NCBI RefSeq assembly: GCF_001194135.2
Contig: NC_068995.1
Coordinates: forward strand, 36,708,466-36,772,465
DNA from: Octopus bimaculoides
Lineage: Eukaryota
Direction: 5' to 3'
Length of the DNA: 64,000 nt
Positions 36,245 through 50,170 of this stretch are shown in pieces; the stretch's first letter is position 1, and the number at the start of each line of letters is the position of its first letter. The position numbers and the translations under genes are program-made. The notes under the pieces were generated by a model, which was not told the DNA's origin, did not search any database, and saw only the letters and a list, made by a program, of their open reading frames with translations.

Positions 36245-36620
36245 CTGATCATCATAATCTGGTTGCACTGCTTGTGTAGATTCCCGTAACATTCTGTCAC
36301 CATCCAATTCTATTATCCATCATATTCGGCAAGTTAGAAAGATTACAGTTTAGGTCATCGCAAATCTGCTTCATATAGGTCTTGGTTTGTCGTCCTCTGT
36401 TAGGTCTTCCTTGTGTAGGCTTCCATGTAAGAACTTCACTAACAATTTCATCTTTAGCTCTCCAGCAATGCTTTGCAAATCTGACTCTATGGTCTTTGAA
36501 GAAGTTTGAAACTGGACAAAGGTTCCCATACACTCACTCATTGGTCAGAGGATCTGTGATTTTTGTGGCAGGATATCTATTACTCCTTTGTGGATATCCA
36601 TTACCCCACTTTCTGTTTTA
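36245..36620 (-). mobile_element. RTE-like LINE 3' fragment
   Basis: HRVRFAKHCWRAKDEIVSEVLTWKPTQGRPNRGRQTKTYMKQICDDL...MMDNRIGW. Confidence 0.75.
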
Positions 36621-37989
36621 AAATGATCTAAATTTAAAATTTCCATCAAAATTTTATGTTAACTTATTTTCTGAACACCAACTTAATAATGACAAAGTTA
36701 TTTTAGTAAATTCTTCATTTTCAAAATTAACTGAAACAAAAGCTATGTATTTCAACAGAAATGTAATAACAAAAGTTCAAACTCGTATTCCACTTGTTAC
36801 TTGAGTTTCAAGCTGCTGTGATCTCCAGGTGAGAGCAGCAGCAGACAACTTGGTCTAATTTCTTGCTGCTACACACACACACACACACACAGAATCACAC
36901 ATATTGTGGTGCTGGTATGGCTGTGGTTCCAGGTTCACTCCTAAAGCATGGCACTTTGGGCAAGTGTCTCCTATTATAGATCTGGGCTGACCAAAGCCTG
37001 GATTTATAGCCCATGTTCCCTGTTAGCATATGATTTGGAAAGTATTGACAAGGATCCAATAAGTCAAAGGACTGTATTGTGCACCTGTGTCTGCTTTGGC
37101 ATAGCTACTTATGGCCTTCCTAATGCCAACCACTTTACAGTGCATACTATTGAGATAACATGTAGCACACATGTCAACAAACCCAGGGAGGGAGGGAGGG
37201 TGCTCCAGGTCACCATCATGCAAGCAGTGTTCTTCATTTCCAATCTTTGGTGAAAACATGTCTGGCTGAGGGGAAATATTACCTTATTTGGAAACAGGTG
37301 AGGGTTGGTGACAGGAAGGGCATCCAGCCACAAAAAAATCTGCCTCAACAAATTGTCAGATCCATGTGAGCATGGAAAAATGTCATTAAAATGCTGATGA
37401 CACACACACCTGTGCTACACATGCACAAATATATTATCATCAATTTTATATTTGTTAGGGTGAGGAATGGGGGGACACTTTTCTCCCCATTCCTTACCCT
37501 CTTTTACTATCCTATATATCTCTCTCCACCCCTACACATTCAATAATACTATAAAAAGAGACAGATCCTCAGAAGTGAAATTATATCTGAAGAACCTACA
37601 AGAATAGGTGCAAGCGCTAATATTTATAAAACATGTGACATAAAAAATCTGTAAATGTACAACCATCCAGATATCTGAGTACCTTATTATTTTTTCTAAT
37701 ATATAATTCCTGTACATCACCTCCAAACCTTCCAATATATATATATATATATATATATGTAATATATTTAGATTCAGGTGAAAATGGTACTTAAGTTGAG
37801 GCACCAGGAATAAGTAACAAGGATATCCAAAGTTAATGCAGTACGATTGTTTCATGCGACTCCACTTAATTAAGGCAATGTGAACATTACATCAAATATA
37901 AAATGCAGAGCAATCCTCAGCTGCACAAAGATATGGGTTTGAAAGTTGAAAGTGGACTAAACCTTTCATATCCCGCCAAACAAATAACA

Positions 37990-38650
37990 CCTTATGCGGG
38001 TGAAAATGCTTCTTTAGCCTGGTGTGTTGATGTTTCTCTTTTCTCTACCCACTTCCTCCAGTACTTGACATTTTTATAGAGAACCCATTTCTCATCACCA
38101 GTCACTATTCGGTCCAAAAAGAAAAAAGGTTCATTCATGAGTCGTGACAGAAACGAAGAGCACACATTCACTCTCTGCACGAGATGAGACTCGTAAATTT
38201 TGTGAGGAACCCACTGAACCAATTTGCTGACTTTTCTGGTGGCATGCAGGTGTTGATGAATGGTTGAAGGACTAAATCTAAGCTTCTCTGCAAGTTCCTT
38301 AAAAGTTTCCATAGGATTTTGTTCCTCCAGTGTTTGCAGGATGTTCTCGTTGAGCTCTACAGATCTTTGAGGATGAGGCTTGTCTTCTAGGCTGTAGTTT
38401 CCAGCTTGGAATTTCTGGAATCACTGTTGATGGCATTAATATTCCTCACATTTTCCGTTGCATTGTTGCTTTTATTGAACTCATAAAGCAAAATATGCCA
38501 AATATACTCCTTTGTCACTTCCATTATAGCTTTGAAAAAATATCTGTTAAAATCGAACTGCACTATTCAAAACTTGCACTAAGAATAAGTACAAGGTAAA
38601 ATTACTACCTGCTTTTATAGCAGGTTGATGCAGGTAGTTTATAAATGAGA
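37990..38650 (-). mobile_element. mariner (D,D34D-type) transposase pseudogene fragment
   Basis: ELAEKLRFSPSTIHQHL...KLVQWVPHKI...FLDRIVTGDEKWVLY. Confidence 0.9.
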
Positions 38651-40726
38651 ATAGTTTGCTTTGGGTGCCAAAACTGCTATATCACATGATTTCAACATAT
38701 TGTGTCTCTTCAGTAACAGACCCCCACTTGCTGCATATCAGCTAAATCTCACTGCCAATGATATATAGAATTACAGTGACTTTTCAAGCACTGATGTCAC
38801 AAATAGCCAGTAGGCTTATTAAAAAAATTTTTTATTAGCAACAGAAGCAGTATTTATACCAAATGGCAAACCTTATATCCAATTTAAAGTGGATATTTTG
38901 TTAGAATACCGAATACTGTGGTATTTGACTTGAGAGTTCTTCTCATGCATGATGCATAGAAGCACACATATTTATATTGTTGACAAGAGTTGTCTGCTAT
39001 AAGCATCAGAACTGCCAGATCATGGATTTCGATGTACTGAGTCTCTTCAGTGACAGTTACCCACTCACTGCATACTAACCAAATCTCACATGTGGCGAGC
39101 AGGCAGCTGTCACTGAAGAGGCACAGTACATCAAAATCATGTGATCTGGTAGCTCCAGCATCCACAGCAGACAACTGTCATCTGCCAACAATATAAATAT
39201 ATTTATTTATATTTATGAAAGGTTTCTTTAAGTTTCTATCAACTAAAACCCACTCACAAAGCTTTGGTTTGTAAAATACCTATATTTAAATATTGATATT
39301 TGTTAATACCACTACAAAATAATAATGCATGTGAAACACTTCCTAATAGACACACATGCATACATATGATTTAGTAACCACACCTTCTCCATTACCTTAC
39401 AGGAAATGTTTAAATGTACGAATTTGACATACAACAATGAAAAAGCTCCAAGAATAAGTGATACTCATCATGAATGGTATTTGCTTGGTAAAACTGGAAC
39501 AAATCTAACCTGAGCCCTCAAGGAAATAAATTCCATTAATCTGACAAGAAAAAAAAATGATATGCAATATGCCTCCATTTAATGCCAGCTACAAAACATC
39601 ATCCTTGAGATCTTAGTTAGGTTAACATCTACTTAAAAGATACTTATAGCAATTTAATAATATCTCCCATCAGCAAAGTTTTCATGACTACTGATAAAAT
39701 ATCAGTAAAATGACATCTTAATTTGTTGAGTCTTGTAAAACTGTATTTAACCCAAGATATTAATCTAAAATACTTGTAAGGGATAATCCTGTTAGACTTA
39801 TGTTATCATCCTTCAGGAAACGCAATGGATCAATGGACAAGACAAAAATAGCTAACGATTTTACTTTTATTGACTATCCATAATAATGTTGTTTGTTTGT
39901 TTATCGTCAGTTTCATGAGCTAAACTGGTAGTGGAAAACTACACAACCTGATAATGAGAAATTTTCCTTTTGTTTCTACTTAATTGGAAAAACCATAGTG
40001 ATTTTTATTTTCTATAGATAAACTAGAACACTATTATTGAAAGTCCATATCAAATATTAAAGAGTGAGAAAGAGAGAATGATTAATACTTTCTTTGTATA
40101 GAGTGTGGTGTTCTTATGATAGCTGTGAAGTAAAGGTCCTACGTTACAACCACATAGCTTTCAGGTTCAATCCATACCACAGGCCAAGGAACTGAATGTT
40201 GTCCAATTTTGATTGATGAGGTTACATCCTACTCTGGAGTTGAACTGGTCTAATTTTTATATTTAATTTCCATATGGAATTGAAGAATCAAAATGAAAAT
40301 TCTTCAACAGACAATGAGGGAAAAGACAAGGAAATTTGTAACCTTCAAGATGGACGGCTTGGTTTACAAAAACTAGAAGGCAGAAATTTATATTTATAAA
40401 CTATAACAGAAACTAAGTTGCACAGTCAAAATATCTATATAGATAAAGAACAAAAAATATTCAATATTTTCCAGTTGACCATTTTACCTGAATTGGTAAC
40501 CGATAATATGAGGTACCATCAATCAATAACATAAGAGGCAAACCAAACTAGTTATGACCAAGCAGACCTATGATCAAAAGAATTCACCATATTGTCTTTT
40601 ATTTCATAGCACATAATACACTCCAGATTACATTATCCAGTGCCTTTTTTAAAATGGTAGAACATGATTTCAAAGAAATTACTTGCTATTTCTAGTAGGT
40701 CAAGCAGCCGCATAGAAGCACTTTAA

Positions 40727-40946
40727 CCCTTTAGTGTTCAGATTATGCTGTTAAATGTAATGCTTATTCATATTGCTTTGAATTAATCATTCATGCATTA
40801 TCTCATAGCTTTGAGATTTTGATGATATGATTGTTTATTTTTCAAATGACATTGTAGTGTAAGTGTGAGAGGCCAGATCTGGCCATTTTGAACATAAAAT
40901 AAGTAGAATATATAGGCTGGATATGACCAGTTTAAATGCTAAAGGG
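40727..40946. mobile_element. piggyBac-type MITE
   Basis: TTAA|CCCTTTAG ... CTAAAGGG|TTAA. Confidence 0.85.
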
Positions 40947-41684
40947 TTAATGATTCATCTCAGTATTTTACTTCAACAATATACTTAGAATATAATGTAT
41001 TGTGTTTTAGCATTTCTAGAAGTCCACAACCTGACAGGACCCCACCAAAAACTAACTGTATAAATTCCTGCCTTCACTGTAAGGACTGTGCTAAAGTGAT
41101 GCTGATTCCTTGGCAGAACTTTCTGTAACAGCAGATGTGAAATTAGCAAACTAAAACTGGAATAATTACATTAACGTTGATATAAATTCTCAGGCAAGTG
41201 TAATCTTAGTGTAATTCATAGTTAAAAGCAGCATAGTTTAAGTAATCAAAGAGCTTTGCTTACACAGGTGTAAATCATAATTAAATTAGAAACTACAAGT
41301 AGAGAGGTGTGTGTGCGTGTGCCATTCCAGAAAGCAAATGTTTGGATGATAATTAAAAACTAACATGGGATTACATATTAAAATTAATCCTAAACTAGAG
41401 TGGAAACAAGTGAAAATTCAACCAAATATTTTCTATAACAATTAATCTGAAAGCTTTACTATTTTAATAAGTAGCTTAGAGTGTTGCATTGATCTTGAAA
41501 TGGATCTAAAGTAATGCATACTTAGCTCAAAATGGCATTGCATATATAAACCTTGCTTTTCTTTATATTTATATTTCATTCATTTAATTATTAAAATAGT
41601 GATAAGCATATTTAAATCTCTGACTCAGTTTTATCCACTAACACCACTAATACTTTTGCACCAGCATCAGAAAAGGGTTTAAAA

Positions 41685-42424
41685 CACGGGTTCTCGACCA
41701 TTTTTTTTTTTTATCTATGAACCCCTTTGATAACTATTTTATTCTGGTGGACCAGAATAAAAGCTAGTTTTATAGATACTACTTTCAAAATTCCTATTTT
41801 CTTTTTTGCACATCAACTTGTATAGGTTGAACTATGTATAATGTCAGAGAGTGGAGGCGCAATGGCCCAGTGGTTAGGGCAGCGGACTTGTGGTCATAGG
41901 GTCACGGTTTCGATTCCCAGACTGGGCATTGTGAGTGTTTAATGAGCGAAAACACCTAAAGCTCCACGAAGCTCCGGCAGGGGATGGTGGTGAACCCTGC
42001 TGTACTCTTTCACCATAACTTTCTCTCACTCTTACTTCCTGTTTCTGTTGTGCCTGTAATTCAAAGGGTCAGCCTTGTCACACTGTGTCACGCTGAATGT
42101 CCCCGAGAACTACATTAAGAGTACACGTGTCTGTGGAGTGCTCAGCCACTTGCACGTTACTTTCACAAGCAGGCTGTTCCGTTGATCGGATCAACTGGAA
42201 CCCTCGATGTCGTAAGCGACGGAGTGCCAACAACAACAATATTAGAGAGAAGAAACCCAACTGTCTCTTGCAATACATACCAATACATACATCTAAAGCA
42301 AAATTTTTTCAGGGACCTTTAAAATACTATTGTGGATCCTCAATTTACTATTTTGTAGCATAGACTCCTAAAAATCTTATATGGACCCTCAGGGGCCATG
42401 TGGACCCCAGTTGAGAACCATTTG
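41685..42424. mobile_element. hAT-type MITE interrupted by a SINE
   Basis: CACGGGTTCTCGAC ... GTTGAGAACC termini. Confidence 0.65.
41851..42239 (+). mobile_element. Young full-length tRNA-derived SINE (family D) with (CAA)n tail
   Basis: TGGCCCAGTGG A-box, GGTTTCGATTCC B-box, CpGs retained, (CAA)n tail; possible degraded TSD AATGTCAGAGA / AATATTAGAGA. Confidence 0.85.
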
Positions 42425-42449
42425 TCTCAAGTAATCTTAATCTTCCATC

Positions 42450-43095
42450 TTTTATTTGTTTCAGTCAATATACTGCAGCCATGCTGAGGCACCACTTTGA
42501 AGAATTTTAGTTGAACTTATCAACTAAGGTACTTGTTATTTTTTTATTGTAAATCCTGGTACTTATTCTATTGGTTCTTTTGTTGAACTGCTAAGCTATG
42601 CGGATATAAACACATTAACACAGGTTGTCAAGTGGTGGTGGGGGACAAACACATACGCAAAGACACATACACAAACATACATACATATATATATGTATAT
42701 ATATTGGGTTGTCCGGAAAGTTCGTGCTGATTTATAGTAGCTTATCTTTCGACTTATTTGCCATGAAACCACCTCAATTCTGGTAAGAGGGTATTTTCAA
42801 GTTGAAGGAAAGATGGAGACGCATTGTGCAACAAAATGGTTCATATTTGGGTGATTAAAAATGTAATGGCAAGTATTTATTGACCTTTTTCTTTCCTTTA
42901 AAAATCAACATGAACTTTCCAGACAACCCAATACATATATATATATATATATATATATACAATGGGTTTCTTTCAGTTTCTGTCAACCAAATCCACTCTC
43001 AAGGCTTTGGTTGGCCTGAGCTATAGATGAGGAAACTTGCCCAAGGTGCCATGCAGTGGGACTGAACCTGGAACCATGTGGTTGGGAAGTAAACT
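42450..43095 (-). mobile_element. CORE-type SINE carrying a nested mariner MITE
   Basis: Family B head near 43090 and tail near 42455, in reverse orientation. Confidence 0.8.
42704..42931 (+). mobile_element. mariner MITE inserted in the SINE (TA)n tract
   Basis: TA|TTGGGTTGTCCGGAAAGTTC ... GAACTTTCCAGACAACCCAA|TA; internal GIFKLKERWRRIVQQNGSY. Confidence 0.88.
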
Positions 43096-43514
43096 TCTTA
43101 CCACACAATCATGCATAGACATAGCTCAAAATGCATTGCATATATCTCAATAAATCCTGTTTTGCTTTTTTCTTTATATCTCATTAATTTATTTATTAAA
43201 TGATGAAAAGCATGTTTAAACCTTTGACGCAGCCTTAATTCATCATCGCTGACACCACTAATTCCTTCAGATTAGCATCAATCTCACAAATCCTGTTTAA
43301 CTCCCATCATCTCAACTTGGGGTCAATAAGGTTCATCTAATAACAAATAGTCAACTAATTAATTCTTTATGACACTAATACTAGGAATAAAGAAACCTTT
43401 ATATTTGTTCTTTTTTTTTTGTTTCTTTTTTTTATACATTAATATAATTCATGTTGGCAAGCTTTAAGTGCACTCATCAATTAAAATGAAAATAAGAATG
43501 CTTTTATAATAATA

Positions 43515-44000
43515 AGGTGGTGAACTAGCAGAATCATTAGCACGCTGGGCAAAATGTTTAGCGGCATTTCATCTGTCTTTGCGATCTGAGTTCAAATTCC
43601 TGCAGGGTCAATAATTAAGTACCAGTGTTCAAATTCCTGCTGAGGTTGACTTTGCCCTTCATCCTTTCGGGGCCGATAATCAAGTACCAGTGAAACACTG
43701 AGGTTGACGTAATTGACTAGTCCTCTCCTCCAAAATTTCAGGCCTTGTGCCTTTAGTAGGAAGGATTATTATTATTATTATTTAAGGCAGTGAGCTTGCA
43801 GAATCATTAGCAGGCCAGGCGAAATACTTAGCAGCATTTCGTTTGTCTTTACATTCTGAGTTCAAATTCCATGAAGGTTGACTTTGCCTCTCATCTTTTC
43901 TGGGTTGATAAAATAAGTACCAGTTGAGCGTTGTTGGTCGATGTAATTGACTTGCTCCCCTCCCCTAAACTTGCAGACCTTGTGCCAAAATTTGAAACCA
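43515..44000 (+). mobile_element. Tandem cluster of SINE family A copies
   Basis: Two heads (43515, about 43786), repeated GAGTTCAAATTCC and core motifs. Confidence 0.8.
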
Positions 44001-44560
44001 TTATTATTATTAATATTATTGCTATGGATCAGTGCTGATTGAGCAGACCTACAATCAAAGACATTCCAGCCATGACCATCCTATCTTTTTCATATCCATG
44101 ACTATATCATCCAATGTATCTGCCTTCACTAAGTTGACAGGGGGCAATTTAACAGAAACTGAGCTGGCTCAAATGATGATAAATTTACAAACAGCAGGTT
44201 CCACAATGGTAAAATGGGAATAATGTAAACTGGCTAGATAAAGAATTCTAACTTTAACATTACTGGTGTTTGCAACATGAGTAAACAAATTGTTCTTAAC
44301 CCTTTAGAGATGGAACCTCATTTAGAGTTTCAGTGCCAAGAAGACAGAACCTTTTTCACAAGCCCTACAGAGAGCATGCACTTATTTTTCAAAAAAGAAT
44401 TATAAAAAATAAAGTAATTATTTTACATATATAAAACTATGTATATTCTTGTAGGAAATTTAATGAACTAATACAATCTTCTTTGTCATTTGACTTTTCG
44501 GCCAATAGATCAGCCCTGTTGTCTCCTAAAAGTTAAATAAAAGTATGATGGGAGGTTTAA

Positions 44561-44779
44561 CCCTTTAGCATTTAGATTTCTTTGTCAAATGTAACCCTTA
44601 TTTATTCACATTATTTTGAATTAATCACATGTTATCTTGTAGCTTCAAGATTTCAATGGTGTCTTTGTATATTTTTAGAGTGGCATTGTAGGGTAGGTGT
44701 GAGAGGTTGAATCTGGTCAGTTCAAACATAAAACAGATAGAATATTTGGCTGCATATAGCCGGATTAAATTCTAAAGGG
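44561..44779. mobile_element. piggyBac-type MITE, same family as 40727-40946
   Basis: TTAA|CCCTTTAGC ... CTAAAGGG|TTCA. Confidence 0.8.
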
Positions 44780-44968
44780 TTCAAGGGTTGGTAGGGTTGC
44801 TGGTTTAGTTGCCAGCACCCCAAACAAAGGAAAGTCTTGTACTTCCAGCTACCTAAATGGCCTGGAAATCTGGATAAGCCCTTGTCTCATGAGTCTGTTC
44901 AAGGCACAGAATAAGAAAATATCTAATGTGCATGCACGCACATGCACACACACACACACACACACACA

Positions 44969-45230
44969 GTGGAAGCATGTGGCTTAGTGGTTAGGGTGTT
45001 GGATTTATGCTTATAAGATTGTGGTTTCAATCCCTGGACCAGGCGATGTGTTGCATTCTTGAGCAAAACATTTCATTTCAGGATGCTTCAGTCCACTCAA
45101 CTGGTAAAAATGAATAATCCTGTGATGGACTGGCGTCCCATCCAGGTGGAGAATATATACATTATGGAAACCAGGAAATGGGCCCTTATGAGTCGGTATG
45201 ACTCAAGAACGAAACTTTACTTACTTACAT
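44969..45230 (+). mobile_element. tRNA-derived SINE with V-domain-like core
   Basis: TGGCTTAGTGG A-box, GGTTTCAATCCC B-box, CCTGTGATGGACTGGCGTCCCATCCAGG; related head near 59675. Confidence 0.65.
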
Positions 45231-45634
45231 ACACTTCCATACATACATACATATGATACATACATAAAACACAGGGCTGATAGGAATTTTTAGACTTGCA
45301 CAGATATTGCAACCTTTCTATTGCTTGGTTGATTTTAAAATGCACCCAGTACACTCTGTGAAGTGGTTGCTATTTACAAAGGGCATCTAGGCATAAAAAC
45401 CAAAGCAAAAATAGTACAAGACATGGTTTTTCCAACCTGTCTAGAAGGAAGTTAACTCTGAGTAAGAACTGACTTAAGATCATGACACACAGTCCAACCC
45501 ATGCAATCGTGGAAAGAGGAAAGTGGACAAAAAATGAAAATAATATGTGAGCGCATGTATGTGTGTGTATATATATATATACACACGTATATATATATGT
45601 GTGTGTGTGTATATGCATGTATGATGTATATATA

Positions 45635-46015
45635 AGTGCAGGCATGACTGTATGGTAACAAGCTTCCTTCCCAACCACATGATTCCAGGTTCAGTCCCAC
45701 TGTGTGGCACATTTGGCAAGTGTCTTCTACTATAGCCTCAGGCCAACCAAAGCCTTGTGGGTGGATTTGATAGACAGAAATTGAAAGAAGCCTGTTGTAT
45801 ATATGTGCTTGTACCTTTATTTGTCCCCTACCACTGCTAGACAACTGGTGTTGGTGTGTTTATGTCCTCATAACTTAGCAGTTCAGCTAAAGAGACCAAT
45901 AGAAAAAGCACTAGGTTTGAAAAATAAGTACTGGGGTTGATTCATTTCAGTAAAAATTCTTCAAGGCAGTGCCCCAGCATGGCCGCAGTCTAATGACTGG
46001 AGCAAGTAAAAGAGA
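45635..46015 (+). mobile_element. CORE-type SINE full-length copy
   Basis: GTGCAGGCATGACTGTATGGTAAC head through CAGCATGGCCGCAGTC tail. Confidence 0.8.
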
Positions 46016-46599
46016 AAGTATCTTTTTGCAGAACTGCAAAGTAATGGTGACGTCTAAGCAAGTTTTTTGTTTCTTATTAACTCACTGACTGCCTTTACTG
46101 TCTTTCTCCCCCCACCCCCACCTTCCTGCCTCTGGCTTCCTTTCCATTGTTAAAACTCCAGCATGTGAACATTTGATCATTTGTGTGCTAGCTATAGATA
46201 TGACATACAAAATATCAACAAAGTCAAAGCAGAGTTATTGACCACTTCTATGTCTCTCCTAAATATTTAATGTAACAATTTTGCTTGGCAACCTCAACAG
46301 TTCATCCATTTTGTCAGCGACTTAATGGCTGCTGCCACTATTTTCACCCAATTTCTTCCACCCCACCACTACCACTACTGCCAACAACAACATAATGCTA
46401 GACTTACATAAGAACTTTCATCCCCCCCCTCTCTTTTTTAATTCTTTCCTTTTCTTTTCAACTCTTCTTTCTTTAAATTACTACTTGGCCTTAAGTGTTT
46501 GAGGTTCTTGGTTAATGGTGGTTTAGGCGAGTGGTAATATCTTGTTTGTGTTACAGATATGCCTGCAGATAAACATCTCTAGAAACCTCTCCCTCAGAG

Positions 46600-46950
46600 T
46601 GAAAGGTGTGAGCTGTGAATGCAGGGGACATGTGAATGCTTGAGAGAAATGAACTTAGCATTTTCCACTGGATGTGCAATATTAATATGCATGAACAACA
46701 AAGTGCAAATGTATTGATGGAGAATAATCAGATGTAAGAGGCATCAGTTGTAGTGCGCAAGAGAGAAGACTGAGCAGGTATGGTCATGTGATGCATATGG
46801 ATGAGGAGAGTTGCATAAAGAAGTGTTGATTGCTGAATGTGGTTAAAAACTGTGGAAGACGAAACTATTGGATGAAGTGGTGAAGAATGACCTCAAGATG
46901 AATAGTGATTTATTGTGCTCAAGAAAACCCATCCAACTAAGCAAAAATGA
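46600..46950 (+). mobile_element. RTE LINE 3' fragment
   Basis: WMCNINMHEQQSANVL...RGISCSAQERRLSRYGHVMHMDEESCIKKC...DEVVKNDLK. Confidence 0.7.
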
Positions 46951-47750
46951 GGCCCTAAAAGTATGTTGCCTATGTCTGTACCCCTTGCACCTGATCTGAC
47001 CCAATGAAATCTGCCCTTCCTCCCACCACCCACAACCCATGTCTATGCATTCTTGATGAACCCACCCACCACACTCAACTCATTCTCTTATCACTCATCA
47101 CCCCCACAAATCATCTTTGGAACACCTACCTCTTTATCACCCTTCTTACTGCAGAAGTATCCTCACCCACTCAGTCCCTATAATTATGAGACCACTTCCT
47201 TCTACAAGCATTCTTGGCATCCCTTAGCTCCTAATTCTGCTGGATGCCCTTTTCATCTCCTCTTTCCTTCTACAGCCTTTCATTTAGTCAGCAGCAGCCT
47301 TCCCCCTCCACCCCAGTTACCTCTGTCTATCTCCCACCATTTACACCCCCATGTATTTCTGACTTCAACCCTAGCACTCTGTATCCCTCACACACCACCT
47401 CTACTCATTTCACACAATCTTGACGTCACCTACTACCTCACTTGGCATGAAGCCACCACTCTCAATACTACTCCACCACCTCAAATGATGGTGGGAGTCT
47501 TGTCTTGTGAGTTACTTGGTGACATTACTGGTGTCAGTACCATGTAAAAAGACCCAGCACACACTGTAAAGTGGCTGGCATTAATAAAGGCATACAAAGC
47601 CTGGCACAGTCTTCTGGCTTGCCAGCTCCTGCTAAAACCATCCAACCCAGGCTAGCATGGAAAATGTACATTAAATGACGATAATGAACACCTGTTGTCA
47701 AGCAGTAAAAAGCAAATATGATCAAGGACATGCATTATTAATAATATATG

Positions 47751-47799
<49 letters not shown>

Positions 47800-49391
47800 A
47801 AAGAAAATGGAGATTAGGAAGTTAATAATGGTTTATTATTAACAGCAAATTAGTCATCTTCATTTATAGCCATTTTAAGATGACCAATTTGCTGTTAATA
47901 GTAAACAGNNNNNNNNNNNNNNNNNNNNNNNNNNNNNNNNNNNNNNNNNNNNNNNNNNNNNNNNNNNNNNNNNNNNNNNNNNNNNNNNNNNNNNNNNNNN
48001 NNNNNNNNNNNNNNNNNNNNNNNNNNNNNNNNNNNNNNNNNNNNNNNNNNNNNNNNNNNNNNNNNNNNNNNNNNNNNNNNNNNNNNNNNNNNNNNNNNNN
48101 NNNNNNNNNNNNNNNNNNNNNNNNNNNNNNNNNNNNNNNNNNNNNNNNNNNNNNNNNNNNNNNNNNNNNNNNNNNNNNNNNNNNNNNNNNNNNNNNNNNN
48201 NNNNNNNNNNNNNNNNNNNNNNNNNNNNNNNNNNNNNNNNNNNNNNNNNNNNNNNNNNNNNNNNNNNNNNNNNNNNNNNNNNNNNNNNNNNNNNNNNNNN
48301 NNNNNNNNNNNNNNNNNNNNNNNNNNNNNNNNNNNNNNNNNNNNNNNNNNNNNNNNNNNNNNNNNNNNNNNNNNNNNNNNNNNNNNNNNNNNNNNNNNNN
48401 NNNNNNNNNNNNNNNNNNNNNNNNNNNNNNNNNNNNNNNNNNNNNNNNNNNNNNNNNNNNNNNNNNNNNNNNNNNNNNNNNNNNNNNNNNNNNNNNNNNN
48501 NNNNNNNNNNNNNNNNNNNNNNNTATATATATATATATGTATATATGTGTGTTTGTGTGTGTGTATTATGTATATCTGATATATTATGGCAGTTTGCTGT
48601 GCTTGAGAAGACATGTCAAGGTAAGTAAAATGGTGGTTGTCCTTGCATACCAACACGTCCCCTACATTCCTCTAGCTGAGCATTCCTAATCTTGCAGGCT
48701 CATAGGTGCTAGTGCCACATAAAAAGCACTTATGCCTGTGTCACATAAACACATCCAGTACACTCTGTAAAGTGGTTGGTGTTAGGAAGGACATCGAACT
48801 GTAGTAACCATGTCAAAACAGACATGGAACCGAGATAGCTCTTCAGCTGGCCAGTTCTTGTGAAACTGTCCAACCCATGCCAGTATGGAATATGGACGTT
48901 AAATGATGATGATGTATACATATGGCCACAGAACAGGCTTCTACACAGTTTCCATCTACCAAATTCCATTACAAGCTATAGGTTAGTCATGTATTATAGT
49001 AATAGATACTTGCCCTAGGTGTAGTGCAGTGGGACTGAACTCAGAACTAGTTCATTGTGAAGCAAACTTCTTAACTACACAGCCAGCCTGCAGCTGTTGT
49101 TGCTCTGGTTATATAAAACCATTTTAACTAATTATACAGTAGTAATATTGATTTCTAATAGTGGCACAAGGCCAAATTGAATTGACCTATTACAAGCTTA
49201 GTAATTAATTTGCTTACCTCAGGCTGTAGAGAATTCAAAGTTAAATACCTAAAGGTATTTCAGTCTAATGCTTACCATTTTAGTCACTAACTAACCAGAC
49301 AAGTATTTTTGGCAATGTGTAGGTGGGTGGTGGGGTGTATAATTTATATATATCTACAGATATTCAGATACATGAATACACATACATGCGC

Positions 49392-49911
49392 TGCATTCCG
49401 CATGTTCACACAGACCTGTGCATATGCATACATGCTCAGCTATATCTAAACACATGTGCTCATAACTCACTGTCAAAACTCACATTCAGGACTTATTCTT
49501 TGTAAGCCAAGTACTTATTTTATAGGTCTCTTTTCTCAAACTGCTAAGTTATGGAGACGTAAACACACCAACATTGGTTGTCAAGTGGTGTGTGTGGGGG
49601 GCAACTACAAACACAGTCACAGAAATATATACATATATATGACGATTATATATATATGGCAGGCTTCTTTCAGTTTCCGTCTGCCAAATCCACTCACAAG
49701 GCTTTGGTTGGCCCAAGGCTATGGCAGAAGACACTTGCCCAAGGTGCCACACAGTGGAACTGAACCTGGAACTATGTAGTTGCAAACCAAGTTTCTTACC
49801 ACACAGCTACACCTATGCATTCCGCATGTTCACACAGACCTGTGCACATGCATACATGCTCAGCTATATCTAAACACATGTACTCATAACTCACTGTCAA
49901 AACTCACATTC
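49392..49911. repeat. 96-bp direct repeat (49392-49487 / 49816-49911) flanking a SINE segment
   Basis: Two mismatches between copies; the enclosed segment is a close sibling of 53465-53810. Confidence 0.85.
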
Positions 49912-49939
49912 TTTACATCTTACTCTGATGAACCCACTC

Positions 49940-50170
49940 TTATTTCTTTACTGCCCACAAGAGGCTAAACACAGAGGGGACAAACAAGGACAGACAAAGG
50001 AATTAAGTCGATTACATCGACCCCAGTGCATAACTGGTACTTAATTTATCGACCCCGAAAGGATGAAAGCAAAGTTGACGTCGGCGGAATTTGAACTCAG
50101 AACGTAACGGCAGACGAAATACCGCTAAGCATTTCGCCCGGTGTGGTAACGTTTCTGCTAGCTCGCCGCC
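49940..50170 (-). mobile_element. Young SINE family A copy
   Basis: Reverse complement of GGCGGCGAGCT(A)GCAGAAACGTT...GGGCAGTAAAGAAATAA. Confidence 0.9.

Noticed and set aside
40274-40399. 41-aa ORF MELKNQNENSSTD...
   Set aside because: No splice context or homology recognised.
41851-41925. tRNA-like sequences (also 44969-45040, 51921-52000, 59675-59740)
   Set aside because: A/B boxes continue into SINE bodies and lack a closing acceptor stem; SINE heads, not tRNA genes.
47880-48689. Longest ORFs in the track (269, 253, 162 aa) and YIYI/THTH/CVCV ORFs
   Set aside because: Produced by N-gaps or dinucleotide microsatellites.
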